Source of the DNA: an uncultured Pseudobdellovibrionaceae bacterium
Lineage (GTDB): Bacteria; Bdellovibrionota; Bdellovibrionia; Bdellovibrionales; JAGQZY01
Assembly (NCBI GenBank): GCA_964588335.1
Contig: CAZPOV010000001.1
Span: forward strand, 322,288-386,287
DNA length: 64,000 nt
Reading direction: 5' to 3'
A program made the translations under genes and the position numbers. Below are positions 19,031 through 27,786 of this stretch, one piece after another. Below the pieces are notes generated by a model. It did no database searches. It was not told the DNA's origin and saw only the letters and a program-made list of their open reading frames with translations. Position 1 is the first letter of the stretch. Each line of letters begins with the position of its first letter.

Positions 19031-19049
19031 TAACGAGGACTTCGGAAAA

Positions 19050-19550
19050 TCAAAGTTCTTTGGTTTTTTTGGTGAAAAGACAGAAGGCAAAAGGGAGAGG
19101 GGTGGTGCGTTCGTCGCGATCGCTGAGGATAAATTGGTCTTCAAAGTCCGGGTACTTGGCATCGCCCTTGTACTCTTTGTCAATCAGGGTCAGGTAAAGT
19201 TGATCGGCTTGTTCTAAAGTCTGTTTGTAAATCTCGCCACCGCCGATGATGAAGACTTCGGAGCCCCATTTGTCGGTTTGGGTTTGACAGAACTCTAGAG
19301 CTTTATCGATGGATGAGAAAACCTCGACACCTTCGGGAACTTCATAGTTTTCCTGGCGAGTGATTACGATGTGGAGTCGATTCTTCAAAGGTTTGGGAAA
19401 AGACTCAAAAGTCTTTCGTCCCATGACGATCATATGTCCCGAGGTTTTATCTCGAAAATACTTCATGTCTTCGGGAAGATCCCAAGGCAGGTCTCCGTCA
19501 ACGCCGATGACTTTGTTTTTTGAAAGAGCCGCAATGTGAGAAATAATCAT
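19050..19550 (-). CDS. folA: Dihydrofolate reductase
   Basis: [51 protein letters not shown] is the typical DHFR N-terminus. 4-nt overlap with thyA. Confidence 0.95.
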   Translation of the reverse strand: MIISHIAALSKNKVIGVDGDLPWDLPEDMKYFRDKTSGHMIVMGRKTFESFPKPLKNRLHIVITRQENYEVPEGVEVFSSIDKALEFCQTQTDKWGSEVFIIGGGEIYKQTLEQADQLYLTLIDKEYKGDAKYPDFEDQFILSDRDERTTPLPFAFCLFTKKTKEL

Positions 19551-20338
19551 ACCGACACCTGCGCTTTAATGGCGGGGTGGGGTTCGTATTCAAGAAGTGT
19601 AAAGTCCTCGTACTTGAAATCAAAAATGTTTTTCACGTCTGGATTCAATTTCATGATCGGTAACTGTTTGGGAGTGCGACTGAGCTGTAGTTTCACTTGA
19701 TCCATGTGATTGTTGTATATGTGAGCATCGCCCAGGGTGTGAATAAACTCACCCGGTTCCAGACCGGTTACTTGCGCGATCATCATTGTTAGTAGGGCGT
19801 AGCTGGCAATGTTGAAGGGGACACCAAGAAACACATCGGCACTTCGCTGATAGAGTTGGCATGAAAGTTTGCCATCATTCACATAAAATTGAAAAAAAGC
19901 GTGGCAGGGAGGTAAGGCCATTTTTTCGACTTCGCCAGGATTGTAAGCCACCACAAGGTGACGTCGAGAATTGGGGTTGGTTTTTATTTGCTCAATGACA
20001 TTGGCGATTTGATCCACGGTTTTACCATCGGCGGTTTTCCAAGAGCGCCATTGCACACCGTAAACCGGGCCAAGGTCACCATTTTCATCGGCCCACTCGT
20101 CCCAAATTCTGACTTTATGTTCTTTTAAGTATTGGATGTTGGAGTCCCCTGAAAGAAACCAAAGCAGTTCATGGATAATCGATTTTAAATGAACTTTCTT
20201 GGTGGTTAGTAAAGGGAAGCGGTCGAGAGGGTAGCGGGCCTGGTAACCAAAAACGCTGAGCGTGCCGGTGCCGGTCCGATCTTCCTTGGGACTGCCATTC
20301 TCTAGTATATGCTTCATAAGATTGAGGTATGTTTTCAC
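19547..20338 (-). CDS. thyA: Thymidylate synthase (ThyA type)
   Basis: [35 protein letters not shown] (catalytic Cys), [19 protein letters not shown] start with AAGGAG RBS. Confidence 0.95.
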   Translation of the reverse strand: MKTYLNLMKHILENGSPKEDRTGTGTLSVFGYQARYPLDRFPLLTTKKVHLKSIIHELLWFLSGDSNIQYLKEHKVRIWDEWADENGDLGPVYGVQWRSWKTADGKTVDQIANVIEQIKTNPNSRRHLVVAYNPGEVEKMALPPCHAFFQFYVNDGKLSCQLYQRSADVFLGVPFNIASYALLTMMIAQVTGLEPGEFIHTLGDAHIYNNHMDQVKLQLSRTPKQLPIMKLNPDVKNIFDFKYEDFTLLEYEPHPAIKAQVSV

Positions 20339-20609
20339 GCCAAAGCTCCTTTTTTGTCGTCACAGGGGATTGGGGTCCGATCCCTGTTGCCCAATATCCG
20401 GGTTTATTCATAACACCCTCCTTAGGAAGGGGGAATAGGGTTCGCGATGATCAATGGTACGGCAACAGAAAACATTAATGATTCTAAAGATTTAAATTTT
20501 TTTGAAGGATCTTAAAAAAGCTGATTGCTGGGGGGTGACAATCGGCAATGAATCCAATAGACATTGAGTTGCTAAAAGGCAGTGCATTTTTTGCTTTTCG
20601 GGAGGGTTT

Positions 20610-21929
20610 TTGGAAATTCGTGACCCCATTCATGGGACTCTAAGTATCTCAAAAAATGAGACCGCGGTGTTGGACTCGCCAGCCTTCCAGCGGCTGCGCA
20701 TGATCAAGCAACTGGGCTTTTCAGAATTCAGTTTCCCCGGTGCGACCCACAGTCGTTACATCCACTCTTTGGGAGTTTCTTACCTTGCCGGAATTGCCTT
20801 TGATTTTATTTTTAAAGATTTTTCCTTCAGTCGTCCGGAAAAAAAACGCACCTACCGTCAAATCTTGCGTCTGGGCGCTTTGTTGCATGATATTGGTCAT
20901 GGTCCTTTAAGTCATACCACCGAAGAAGTGATGCCGAATCTGAAAGATTTGGATGTTAAAGTCTATCGGGATCGTCAGGACCCTACTTCGCAAGTGAGCC
21001 TGATGTCTCAGTTGGATCGTCAGGCCGATCACGAAGACTACACCATCAAGTTTGTTACCGACTCTCATTTAACGGAGATCCTAGCTTCTTCATTTCAAGA
21101 ATTTGAACCCTATCATATTGCCTGTTTGATCGATAAAGGTTTGCTCGACAAAGATGACTTCTTTGTTGATAAAGGATTGAACTTTCGAATAATACTAAGC
21201 CAGATCATCAGCTCAGAAGTCGACGTCGATCGCATGGATTATTTGCTTCGCGATGCTTATTTTTGTGGAACATCCTATGGAAAAGTCGAGTTGAATTGGT
21301 TGTTAGGCAATTTTAAATATCACGAAGTCAATGGTGCTGTTCATTTAGCTTTGGATCGTCGAGCCATATACACTTTTGATGACTTCTTGCTTTCTCGTCA
21401 CCACATGTATCTTATGGTCTACTTTCACCATAAAAGTATTATTTACGAAGAGATGCTCTATCGTTATTTGACCTCTGAAGACTGCGAATACAAGTTGCCC
21501 GCTGATATTGAGCAGTATCTTAATGCGACCGACTTTTCGCTTTATCAAAATATGGCGGAGTCCAAAAACCCTTGGGCACGCAGAATCTCGGATCGCAATT
21601 CCTATAAAGTTTTGTTCGAAAACCATGTCACTTCGATTGGTTCGGGTCGAACGGCGAAGATTCAAGATATGTTAAACGATGCGGGAATCGAAACCATTAT
21701 CGCCAGCTCAGCGTCTCGCCTCTCAAAATATCATGGGCTGTCAGAGGAAGATGGTTCAGAGAAAATATTTGTGGTTGATCCTTACGACCCACAAGGGAAA
21801 CCGGTGAGCATTGAAGAATGCACTGAAATTTTTCAAAAGTACGAAGGAGCTCGTACAATTGAGCGGGTTTACGTGTCTCCAGAAAACATTGAGATGGCTA
21901 AAACCTTATTGGCAAAGATGAAATTTTAA
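20610..21929 (+). CDS. HD-domain dNTP triphosphohydrolase-like protein (SAMHD1/EF1143-type)
   Basis: IRDPIHGTLSIS..FQRLRMIKQLG..FPGATHSRYIHSLGV, LLHDIGHGPLSH, VDVDRMDYLLRDAYFCG. TTG start. Confidence 0.8.
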   Translation: MEIRDPIHGTLSISKNETAVLDSPAFQRLRMIKQLGFSEFSFPGATHSRYIHSLGVSYLAGIAFDFIFKDFSFSRPEKKRTYRQILRLGALLHDIGHGPLSHTTEEVMPNLKDLDVKVYRDRQDPTSQVSLMSQLDRQADHEDYTIKFVTDSHLTEILASSFQEFEPYHIACLIDKGLLDKDDFFVDKGLNFRIILSQIISSEVDVDRMDYLLRDAYFCGTSYGKVELNWLLGNFKYHEVNGAVHLALDRRAIYTFDDFLLSRHHMYLMVYFHHKSIIYEEMLYRYLTSEDCEYKLPADIEQYLNATDFSLYQNMAESKNPWARRISDRNSYKVLFENHVTSIGSGRTAKIQDMLNDAGIETIIASSASRLSKYHGLSEEDGSEKIFVVDPYDPQGKPVSIEECTEIFQKYEGARTIERVYVSPENIEMAKTLLAKMKF

Positions 21930-21944
21930 ACAAAGGAAACTTTT

Positions 21945-22319
21945 ATGAAAATGAGTCTACTAATCACATTCTTGTTTCTGTCCACCTCCGGTTGGGCCAA
22001 TGGACTTGGCGAAAAGTTCTGTGCTGATTCAGCGCAGCTGTATTTCCAGGGTTATCACCAGCGAGTCCTCGACGAAATGGGCGTGGTACAGGGTTATAAT
22101 GAGGTTATTTCAGTTGATTATTTCCAGAAGATCAATGACATCGACCAGCGTGATGAGACCTACCATTACGAAGTGATTGCTGAAAACGACGAGGGCGATT
22201 GGTGGGTTTGGGAGTATATAGTTCCGGTCGAAGCCTGGTTAGAGGCCGGTGGAAAAGCCCACACCTGTACCGTCGGAGAACTCCAGTTTCTGGGAGTGAC
22301 CGAGCAATCTCCAAACTAA
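21945..22319 (+). CDS. Small secreted protein, unknown
   Basis: Signal peptide MKMSLLITFLFLSTSGWA. Close-coupled (15 nt) to the HD gene. Confidence 0.5.
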   Translation: MKMSLLITFLFLSTSGWANGLGEKFCADSAQLYFQGYHQRVLDEMGVVQGYNEVISVDYFQKINDIDQRDETYHYEVIAENDEGDWWVWEYIVPVEAWLEAGGKAHTCTVGELQFLGVTEQSPN

Positions 22320-22450
22320 GCCCTTTATTTTTTACCGGACCCACTGGGTTGGCCCGTGTCTTTTTTTAGACAGTGCATATCCAAAGTGGGACGGTTTTAG
22401 TCTCGTCTTGAGAAAGCGATAAGAAATTCTTCAATTTCTTTGTAAAAACC

Positions 22451-22478
22451 TAAAGTATTTTTTTGATACCCCGATTTT
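22451..22478 (+). promoter_or_regulatory. Sigma-28 type promoter for flagellin 22638-23468
   Basis: TAAAGTAT-ttttttgatac-CCCGATTT. TAAA to CCGA spacing is 16 nt. About 150-nt leader. Confidence 0.6.
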
Positions 22479-22571
22479 AGTCCTGTAAGGAACGACGAAC
22501 ATCAAAGAAACTCTCCTTCGCTCTTCTCAAGAATCTCATCCCTTCATTAACAAATTTTAACAGCTATATAG

Positions 22572-22585
22572 GCGCACGGATGCGT
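22572..22585 (+). promoter_or_regulatory. 5'-UTR hairpin GCGCA-CGGA-UGCGU (CsrA-type GGA-loop site candidate)
   Basis: The core CACGGAUG resembles the CsrA SELEX core (ACA-GGAUG). Sits in the leader of flagellin 22638, whose SD is GUAGGAGGU. Confidence 0.35.
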
Positions 22586-22637
22586 AGCTCACGTCATTTG
22601 ATCTAACGGAAGAGTAGGCTGTAAGTAGGAGGTTATA

Positions 22638-23468
22638 ATGAGTCTGCGTATAAACACAAATTTGGCATCGATTAATGCCCAACGCCAGTTGGCCAAGCAA
22701 GAAAGTCGAAGCTTAAATTCAATGAAATCTTTAGCATCTGGAAGTCGTATTAATTCGGCGTCTGACGATGCGGCTGGGCTGGCTATTTCAGAAAATCTGA
22801 AGGCGCAAAACAGAGGTAATCGAATGGCTAAGAGAAATGCTGAAGATGCTATTTCTTTTATACAAGTCGGTGAAGGTTCACTCAACGAGATCAATAACAT
22901 CATGGTGCGATTGAGAGAGTTGAGTGTCCAGAGTGCAAGTGACACCGTTGGTGATACTGAGCGAGAGTTTATCGATCAAGAAAAAGAGCAATTACTCGAA
23001 GAGGTTGATCGAATCGCTGAAAGTACCAAATTCGGTGACAAGCACCTGCTGAATGGATCTCTCGACGAATTGGAGTTCCAAGTGGGTGTTGATGGTGGTG
23101 AAAGCTCGGTGATTCGTTACAACTCCCAGGCTGACGCGACCACCAGTGCTCTTGATGTTTCGGGTCTTGATTTAACAGATAAATCGAGCTCACGTGATGC
23201 CTTAGAGACACTCGATGGAGCCATTGATCAAATTGGTAACATGCGTGCCAATTTCGGTGCATTACAAAATCGCCTCGACTCAACGATTGCAAACCTAGAC
23301 ACCTCCTATGAAAGCGCTTCGGCAGCTAATTCACGGATTCGTGATGCCGATATTGCCGCGGAGTCTGCCGAGTTCACTTCGGCGCAGATTCTTCAGCAAG
23401 CTTCCATAGGAATGCTCGCGCAAGCGAATCAATCTAAGGCTGCAGCGTTACAGTTGATAAGCGGTTAA
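22638..23468 (+). CDS. fliC: Flagellin (276 aa)
   Basis: MSLRINTNLASINAQRQL, SGSRINSASDDAAGLAISENLKAQ, ANSRIRDADIAAESAEFTSAQILQQAS..AQANQ. Confidence 0.95.
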   Translation: MSLRINTNLASINAQRQLAKQESRSLNSMKSLASGSRINSASDDAAGLAISENLKAQNRGNRMAKRNAEDAISFIQVGEGSLNEINNIMVRLRELSVQSASDTVGDTEREFIDQEKEQLLEEVDRIAESTKFGDKHLLNGSLDELEFQVGVDGGESSVIRYNSQADATTSALDVSGLDLTDKSSSRDALETLDGAIDQIGNMRANFGALQNRLDSTIANLDTSYESASAANSRIRDADIAAESAEFTSAQILQQASIGMLAQANQSKAAALQLISG

Positions 23469-23530
23469 TACAATATCCTTTCACCCAAAAGGTGTGTCTG
23501 CATACATCTTTTTCTTTTCGGGGGTTTTCA

Positions 23531-23552
23531 GAAGGAGCCGATAGGCTCCTTC
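23531..23552 (+). terminator. Hairpin after flagellin 22638-23468 (GAAGGAGCC-gata-GGCTCCTTC)
   Basis: 9-bp perfect stem. The downstream T-tract is poor (TTCCTT). Confidence 0.45.
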
Positions 23553-23774
23553 TTCCTTGAAGAAAATGAGAAAAAAAGGCACTCCATACCATTTGTTTGT
23601 TTCTATGAAAGTTCGTTTTTTTGTCGAACTTTTAGCCAACTGTTTTTTCTACAATTTTTCCAACATTTTTTTAAAAGAAAGATAACTCTCTGTTTTTATT
23701 AAAATAAATATAAAAACAGAGCCTCTTCTTAGGTCCTGTTGCAAAAAAAAATCAAGACTTTTCGCGAGGGCGCC

Positions 23775-23801
23775 TAAAGTCTAGCCCCAACTGGCCGAAA
23801 G
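23775..23801 (+). promoter_or_regulatory. Sigma-28 type promoter for flagellin 23951-24784
   Basis: TAAAGTCT-agccccaactg-GCCGAAAG. Spacing 16 nt. Preceded by a very AT-rich 200-nt tract. Confidence 0.7.
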
Positions 23802-23950
23802 GTTGGCTGTTAGTGCCCGGGGGGGTTGAGGCCAAACTCCTTTATCTCTCCGAACATTTACGACAACAAAAGAACCACAACAAGGTTCAGCGATCAAGTC
23901 ATGCAAGTGGCTTGGGGATTTAGCAACTTAGGATTCATAAGGAGGAAGAA

Positions 23951-24784
23951 ATGGCTCTAAGGATTGCAACGAACGTCCCTTCAATTACTGCGCAACGTGC
24001 GCTTAATGGGACTCAAAGACAAGCGAATACGGCGATGGCTCAATTGTCATCAGGATCAAGAATTACCAAAGCAGCGGATGATGCGGCTGGGTTATCGATC
24101 TCTGAAGGCCTAAAGTCGGATATTCGATCTTATAAACAAGCCCAACGCAACACTCAAGATGGTATTTCATTTGTGCAAGTGGCAGAGGGTGGTTTAACAG
24201 AAGTTGGTAACATTCTAACTCGTTTTAGAGAGTTATCGATTCAAGCAGCTTCAGACACTATCGGTGATCAAGAGCGCGGATTCATTCAAAAAGAAGTTGA
24301 GCAATTAAAATCAGAAATTGATCGAGTGGCTCAATCGACAATGTTTGGTTCAAAGAGACTTCTTGATGGTAGTGGCGAGGTATTTGATTTCCAAGTGGGA
24401 ATTCATTCAGATCCCGAACTTAACACCATTCAATTTGATTCTTCTCAGAATGATGTCACCTTGGGTTCTTTAGGACTTAGTGGACTTGATATCTCGGATA
24501 AAAGTGGGGCTCAATCGGCTTTGCAAGATATTGATGCTGCATTGAATACTGTCAATGGATCGCGCGCAAGTTTGGGTGCCTTACAGAACAGGTTAACAAT
24601 GACTACAGAAAATATTGATACCTCAATTGAGAGTGTGTCTGCGGCCAACTCCCGTATTCGCGATGCTGATATTGCTGAATCAACGGCGAGTCTGACTAAA
24701 AATAACATATTGTTGAACGCAACGACTTCAGTATTAAGTCAAGCGAACTCCAATCCGCAATTAGCCTTGCAATTGTTGGGTTAA
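23951..24784 (+). CDS. fliC: Flagellin (277 aa)
   Basis: MALRIATNVPSITAQRAL, SGSRITKAADDAAGLSISEGLKSDIRS, ANSRIRDADIAESTASLTKNNILLNAT..SQANS. AAGGAGGAAG RBS. Confidence 0.95.
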   Translation: MALRIATNVPSITAQRALNGTQRQANTAMAQLSSGSRITKAADDAAGLSISEGLKSDIRSYKQAQRNTQDGISFVQVAEGGLTEVGNILTRFRELSIQAASDTIGDQERGFIQKEVEQLKSEIDRVAQSTMFGSKRLLDGSGEVFDFQVGIHSDPELNTIQFDSSQNDVTLGSLGLSGLDISDKSGAQSALQDIDAALNTVNGSRASLGALQNRLTMTTENIDTSIESVSAANSRIRDADIAESTASLTKNNILLNATTSVLSQANSNPQLALQLLG

Positions 24785-24806
24785 TACAGTGCCATTCTTC
24801 CGCCAC

Positions 24807-24832
24807 GGGGGGTTGAAAAACCTCCCGATTTT
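24807..24832 (+). terminator. Rho-independent terminator after flagellin 23951-24784
   Basis: GGGGGGTT-gaaa-AACCTCCC (one G-U pair) followed by GATTTT. Confidence 0.55.
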
Positions 24833-24846
24833 AGGGGGTTAGGCAT

Positions 24847-24874
24847 TAAAGATTGGTCACTTATGTGCCGATAA
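24847..24874 (+). promoter_or_regulatory. Sigma-28 type promoter for the flaG-fliD-fliS unit
   Basis: TAAAGATT-ggtcacttatgt-GCCGATAA (perfect -10 octamer). It ends only 8 nt before ATG 24883. Confidence 0.65.
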
Positions 24875-24882
24875 GGATATTG

Positions 24883-25251
24883 ATGAATATTCGTTCGGTT
24901 TCTAATCCAGCGCCTTTAATGGGCAAAGAAAAAGTCGAGGCATCGAAGACGATTAAGTCTGATGAGACTTCGGAGCGTGAGGGTAATGGGCAGCAGCCTT
25001 ACCCTGATGAAGAAGCTTATCGTGCATTGACAGATGAAGAGTTGGATCAGGTGGTTGAAAAAATTAAAGCCCACGATGGTATTCAAAAGAATGGATTACT
25101 CGTTAAACTCGTCGAGGAAAACGGGCAAAAAATTGTAAAGTTGGAAACGGCCGAAGGCAAGGTTGTAAAACGCTTCGTTGAACGAGATCTCTATTTTTTT
25201 CTTACCCACAGCAGCACTGACGAATTTCACCTCGTCAATAAATCGGCTTAA
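24883..25251 (+). CDS. flaG: FlaG-like flagellar protein
   Basis: Position between fliC and fliD. C-terminal LLVKLVEENGQKIVKLETAEGKVVKRFVERDLYFF resembles the FlaG core. Start is ambiguous: 24853, 24883 or 24919. Confidence 0.6.
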   Translation: MNIRSVSNPAPLMGKEKVEASKTIKSDETSEREGNGQQPYPDEEAYRALTDEELDQVVEKIKAHDGIQKNGLLVKLVEENGQKIVKLETAEGKVVKRFVERDLYFFLTHSSTDEFHLVNKSA

Positions 25252-25384
25252 GTCTTGGTCGACCTTAGTTTTAAAAAACATCTTTAGTCAAAGTTATGGC
25301 GCCCGAATTTGGCTGTTAATGAAATCAGTCCCTTAGCGGCCAGATATTTGCTTTTGTCTATGACATATTAATGACTCACAGAAT

Positions 25385-26812
25385 ATGAGTTCCATCAGGC
25401 ATAATAGGAGTATAAATCAAGGAGGATTTTTGCCTATTCGTTTTGGAGGACTTGCATCGGGACTACCGCCCAATATCGTTGAGCAGATAATGGCCAGCGA
25501 ACGCATGCCTATTCAGAACATGGAGCAAAAGAAGGGAAATATTAACGCCAAGCTCGAACTAGTTGGTGATCTAGAGAGTCGGTTGCGTAAAGTTGCCGAT
25601 ACCACAAAAGACATCATTGGTGTTGGTGGCTTCAAAGATTATTCGATGGAGTTTTCTCGTGAAGGAATTCTGTCTGGTGCGATCGATCCGGCGCAAGCTC
25701 AGACAGGCTCATGGTCTCTTGAAGTTATGAAGTTACCAAAGAGCGCCGGTCGTATGACCAACGGTTTCCCAGATAGAGATCGCACCCAGGTGGGAGTTGG
25801 ATATCTAAAGTTCGAAACGCCTGAGGGCGAGCATGAAGTTTACATTAATGATTCGAACAATACCCTTCAGGGGATTGTCAGAGCAGTCAATGAAGCTGGC
25901 ATTGGTATTCAAGCCAATGTTATTAAAGATTCCAACGACTCCGATTATCCTCATAAAATTATTTTCAGCAGTAACAAGTATGGGGACGAAAATGACGTGG
26001 CCTTTCCGACGGTCTATTTGCTCGATGGTGACCATGATTTTTATTTCGACAAAGAACGTGCCGCAGAAAATGGTAAAATCAAACTCAATGGATTTGAGGT
26101 TGAGGTCAGCGCAAGAGAGCTTGATGATGTTATTCCTGGAGTCAATCTCAACTTGCTGAGTGCTGAACCGGGGCGTGAGGTTACCGTAACTGTTAATGAA
26201 GACTATGAAGCGATCAAAGGCAAGATGGATGAATTTGTGGCTTCTATGAACAGCGTTCTCGGATTTATTCAAAGCCAGAATCAAATGGATGAAACAACGG
26301 ATACCAGTCGGACCCTTGGTGGAGACTCAATGCTTAGAAGTGTTGAAATGCGAATGCGAAGTCTTCTTCAGTCTGGATCCTACTCTTTATCAGATGGAAT
26401 TCATAGACTCTCGCAGTTAGGTGTTGAATTCAATCGAAGTGGAACCCTGGATTTCGACAAAGACAAATTCAATAAGGTCTTGCAGACGAAACCCAAGGAA
26501 GTGGTTCAGTTCCTGCGTGGCGATGGCAGTCGTGGATCTGGCTTTATCTCAAAGGTCAAAGAACTGGTGCAAACATCTGTGAACGGATCCTTTGGTGTGA
26601 TTGGCAATCGAAAAAGCGGTCTGCAAAATCGGATTCGAAGAATCGATCAAAATATTTCAAATAAAGAAAGAATGTTAGCAAGAAAAGAGGACAACTTAAG
26701 AAGAAAATTCTCTCGTCTCGAAGAGCAGATGGGACGTTTACAAGCACAAGGTGGGGCAGTGAGTGCACTCGGCGGTGGCGGTGGTGCCATCCAAGGGTTG
26801 CCAATTGGTTAA
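25385..26812 (+). CDS. fliD: Flagellar filament cap protein FliD (HAP2)
   Basis: IRFGGLASGLPPNIVEQIMASERMPI at the N-terminus and a C-terminal coiled coil. The alternative TTG start at 25430 sits just after AAGGAGGA and is at least as likely as ATG 25385. Confidence 0.9.
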   Translation: MSSIRHNRSINQGGFLPIRFGGLASGLPPNIVEQIMASERMPIQNMEQKKGNINAKLELVGDLESRLRKVADTTKDIIGVGGFKDYSMEFSREGILSGAIDPAQAQTGSWSLEVMKLPKSAGRMTNGFPDRDRTQVGVGYLKFETPEGEHEVYINDSNNTLQGIVRAVNEAGIGIQANVIKDSNDSDYPHKIIFSSNKYGDENDVAFPTVYLLDGDHDFYFDKERAAENGKIKLNGFEVEVSARELDDVIPGVNLNLLSAEPGREVTVTVNEDYEAIKGKMDEFVASMNSVLGFIQSQNQMDETTDTSRTLGGDSMLRSVEMRMRSLLQSGSYSLSDGIHRLSQLGVEFNRSGTLDFDKDKFNKVLQTKPKEVVQFLRGDGSRGSGFISKVKELVQTSVNGSFGVIGNRKSGLQNRIRRIDQNISNKERMLARKEDNLRRKFSRLEEQMGRLQAQGGAVSALGGGGGAIQGLPIG

Positions 26813-26826
26813 TGAAGGGGTGTTGA

Positions 26827-27213
26827 GTGGGATACAATAAGTATAAGAAAGCGTCAGTTGAAAGTGCGAGTCAAGAGAAACTCCTTCTCATGCTGTATGA
26901 GGGTGCGATCAAGTTTACCAAACGAGCCATTATAGCCACCGACAACAAGGATATTCCGAATCGTTGTGAAAATATAACTAGAGCATACGACATTGTCTTA
27001 GAGTTAATGAACACCTTGGACTTCAAGGTGGGTGGTGAGGTTGCCGAGAACCTCGAGCAACTCTACATGTTTATCACCGATGAACTCACTCGTGCGAATA
27101 TAACTGGTAAAAAAGAACATCTAGAAAATGTATTAAAGATTTTAGAGACTCTTTACGATGGATGGAAAGAGGCTGTTGAACTAATTAAGAAGAAAGAATC
27201 TAAGGGAGCATAG
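26827..27213 (+). CDS. fliS: Flagellin-specific export chaperone FliS
   Basis: YKKASVESASQEKLLLMLYEGAIKFTKRA...EHLENVLKILETLYDGW is the FliS four-helix signature. GTG start. Confidence 0.9.
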   Translation: MGYNKYKKASVESASQEKLLLMLYEGAIKFTKRAIIATDNKDIPNRCENITRAYDIVLELMNTLDFKVGGEVAENLEQLYMFITDELTRANITGKKEHLENVLKILETLYDGWKEAVELIKKKESKGA

Positions 27214-27221
27214 GGGGCAAC

Positions 27222-27614
27222 ATGAGCAAAGTATTAGAGCTTTTGAAAGAAAAGAATTTCTACTTAGAAAGATTCTTGGAAGAATCGAAAAAAGAAAGAG
27301 GTCGTTTCAAGGCAAGAAGGTTTGAAAACCTTGATCATCTTTATAAAAAGAGAGAACAGATTCTTTTAAATATTCAAAGTATTGACCGTCGTATTTCGGA
27401 AATATGTGAAGATGACTCAAAGGAAACCTTGAATCCTCCAAAGAAAAATGAAATTTCCGATATGTTAGCGATGATAAAAACCAATGTACGATCAATCATG
27501 GAAGAGGATCTGCAAATTATTTCATTTATTGAAAATGAAAAGACAAAGATTATTAAAGAGATTGGCAATACCAAAGAAGGGCGTAAGGTCCTAAAAGGTT
27601 ATAAAGCTCTTTAA
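27222..27614 (+). CDS. Small coiled-coil protein, possible flagellar chaperone (FliT/FlgN-like by position only)
   Basis: 8 nt after fliS. 130 aa, helical and charged. No diagnostic motif. Confidence 0.5.
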   Translation: MSKVLELLKEKNFYLERFLEESKKERGRFKARRFENLDHLYKKREQILLNIQSIDRRISEICEDDSKETLNPPKKNEISDMLAMIKTNVRSIMEEDLQIISFIENEKTKIIKEIGNTKEGRKVLKGYKAL

Positions 27615-27786
27615 TTATTTTGTCAGGATTTTGACCCTTTGAATCTGGATATTGGCGCTCCACAATGTCTTAAGTCCAGATGAAAACTGTGAGCTATCAT
27701 TAAATCGATTTTGACTCAGTGGACTGAGTCGTAAGAGTTGGCATCTCCTTTGCTTTAATATGGTGTGACAATAACAACCAAAGGGA

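Noticed and set aside
18979-19034. GTTAGGC (18979-85) and GCCTAAC (19028-34), resembling integron attC R-box core sequences.
   Set aside because: The order is inverted relative to a real attC (RYYYAAC ... GTTRRRY). There is no integrase or cassette array nearby. The motifs are simply parts of the large palindrome and its flank.
18998-19217. ORFs 18998-19183 (-) and 19026-19217 (+) overlapping the palindrome and the folA 3' end.
   Set aside because: They are off-frame overlaps with the clearly real folA. The first part is palindrome sequence.
20169-20411. 80-aa minus-strand ORF overlapping the thyA 5' end and upstream region.
   Set aside because: It is off-frame with thyA, Pro/Arg-rich, and has no RBS. 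thyA has its own GTG start with an AAGGAG RBS.
22589-23292. Antisense ORFs 22589-22945 and 22969-23292 opposite flagellin 22638-23468. The ORF 24511-24708 opposite the next flagellin is a similar case.
   Set aside because: Same reasoning. The flagellin frames carry unmistakable conserved motifs.
23566-23685. 39-codon ORF (MRKKGTPYHLFVSMKVRFFVELLANCFFYNFSNIFLKER) in the long AT-rich spacer between plus-strand flagellins.
   Set aside because: It has no convincing RBS, and its composition simply reflects AT-rich DNA.
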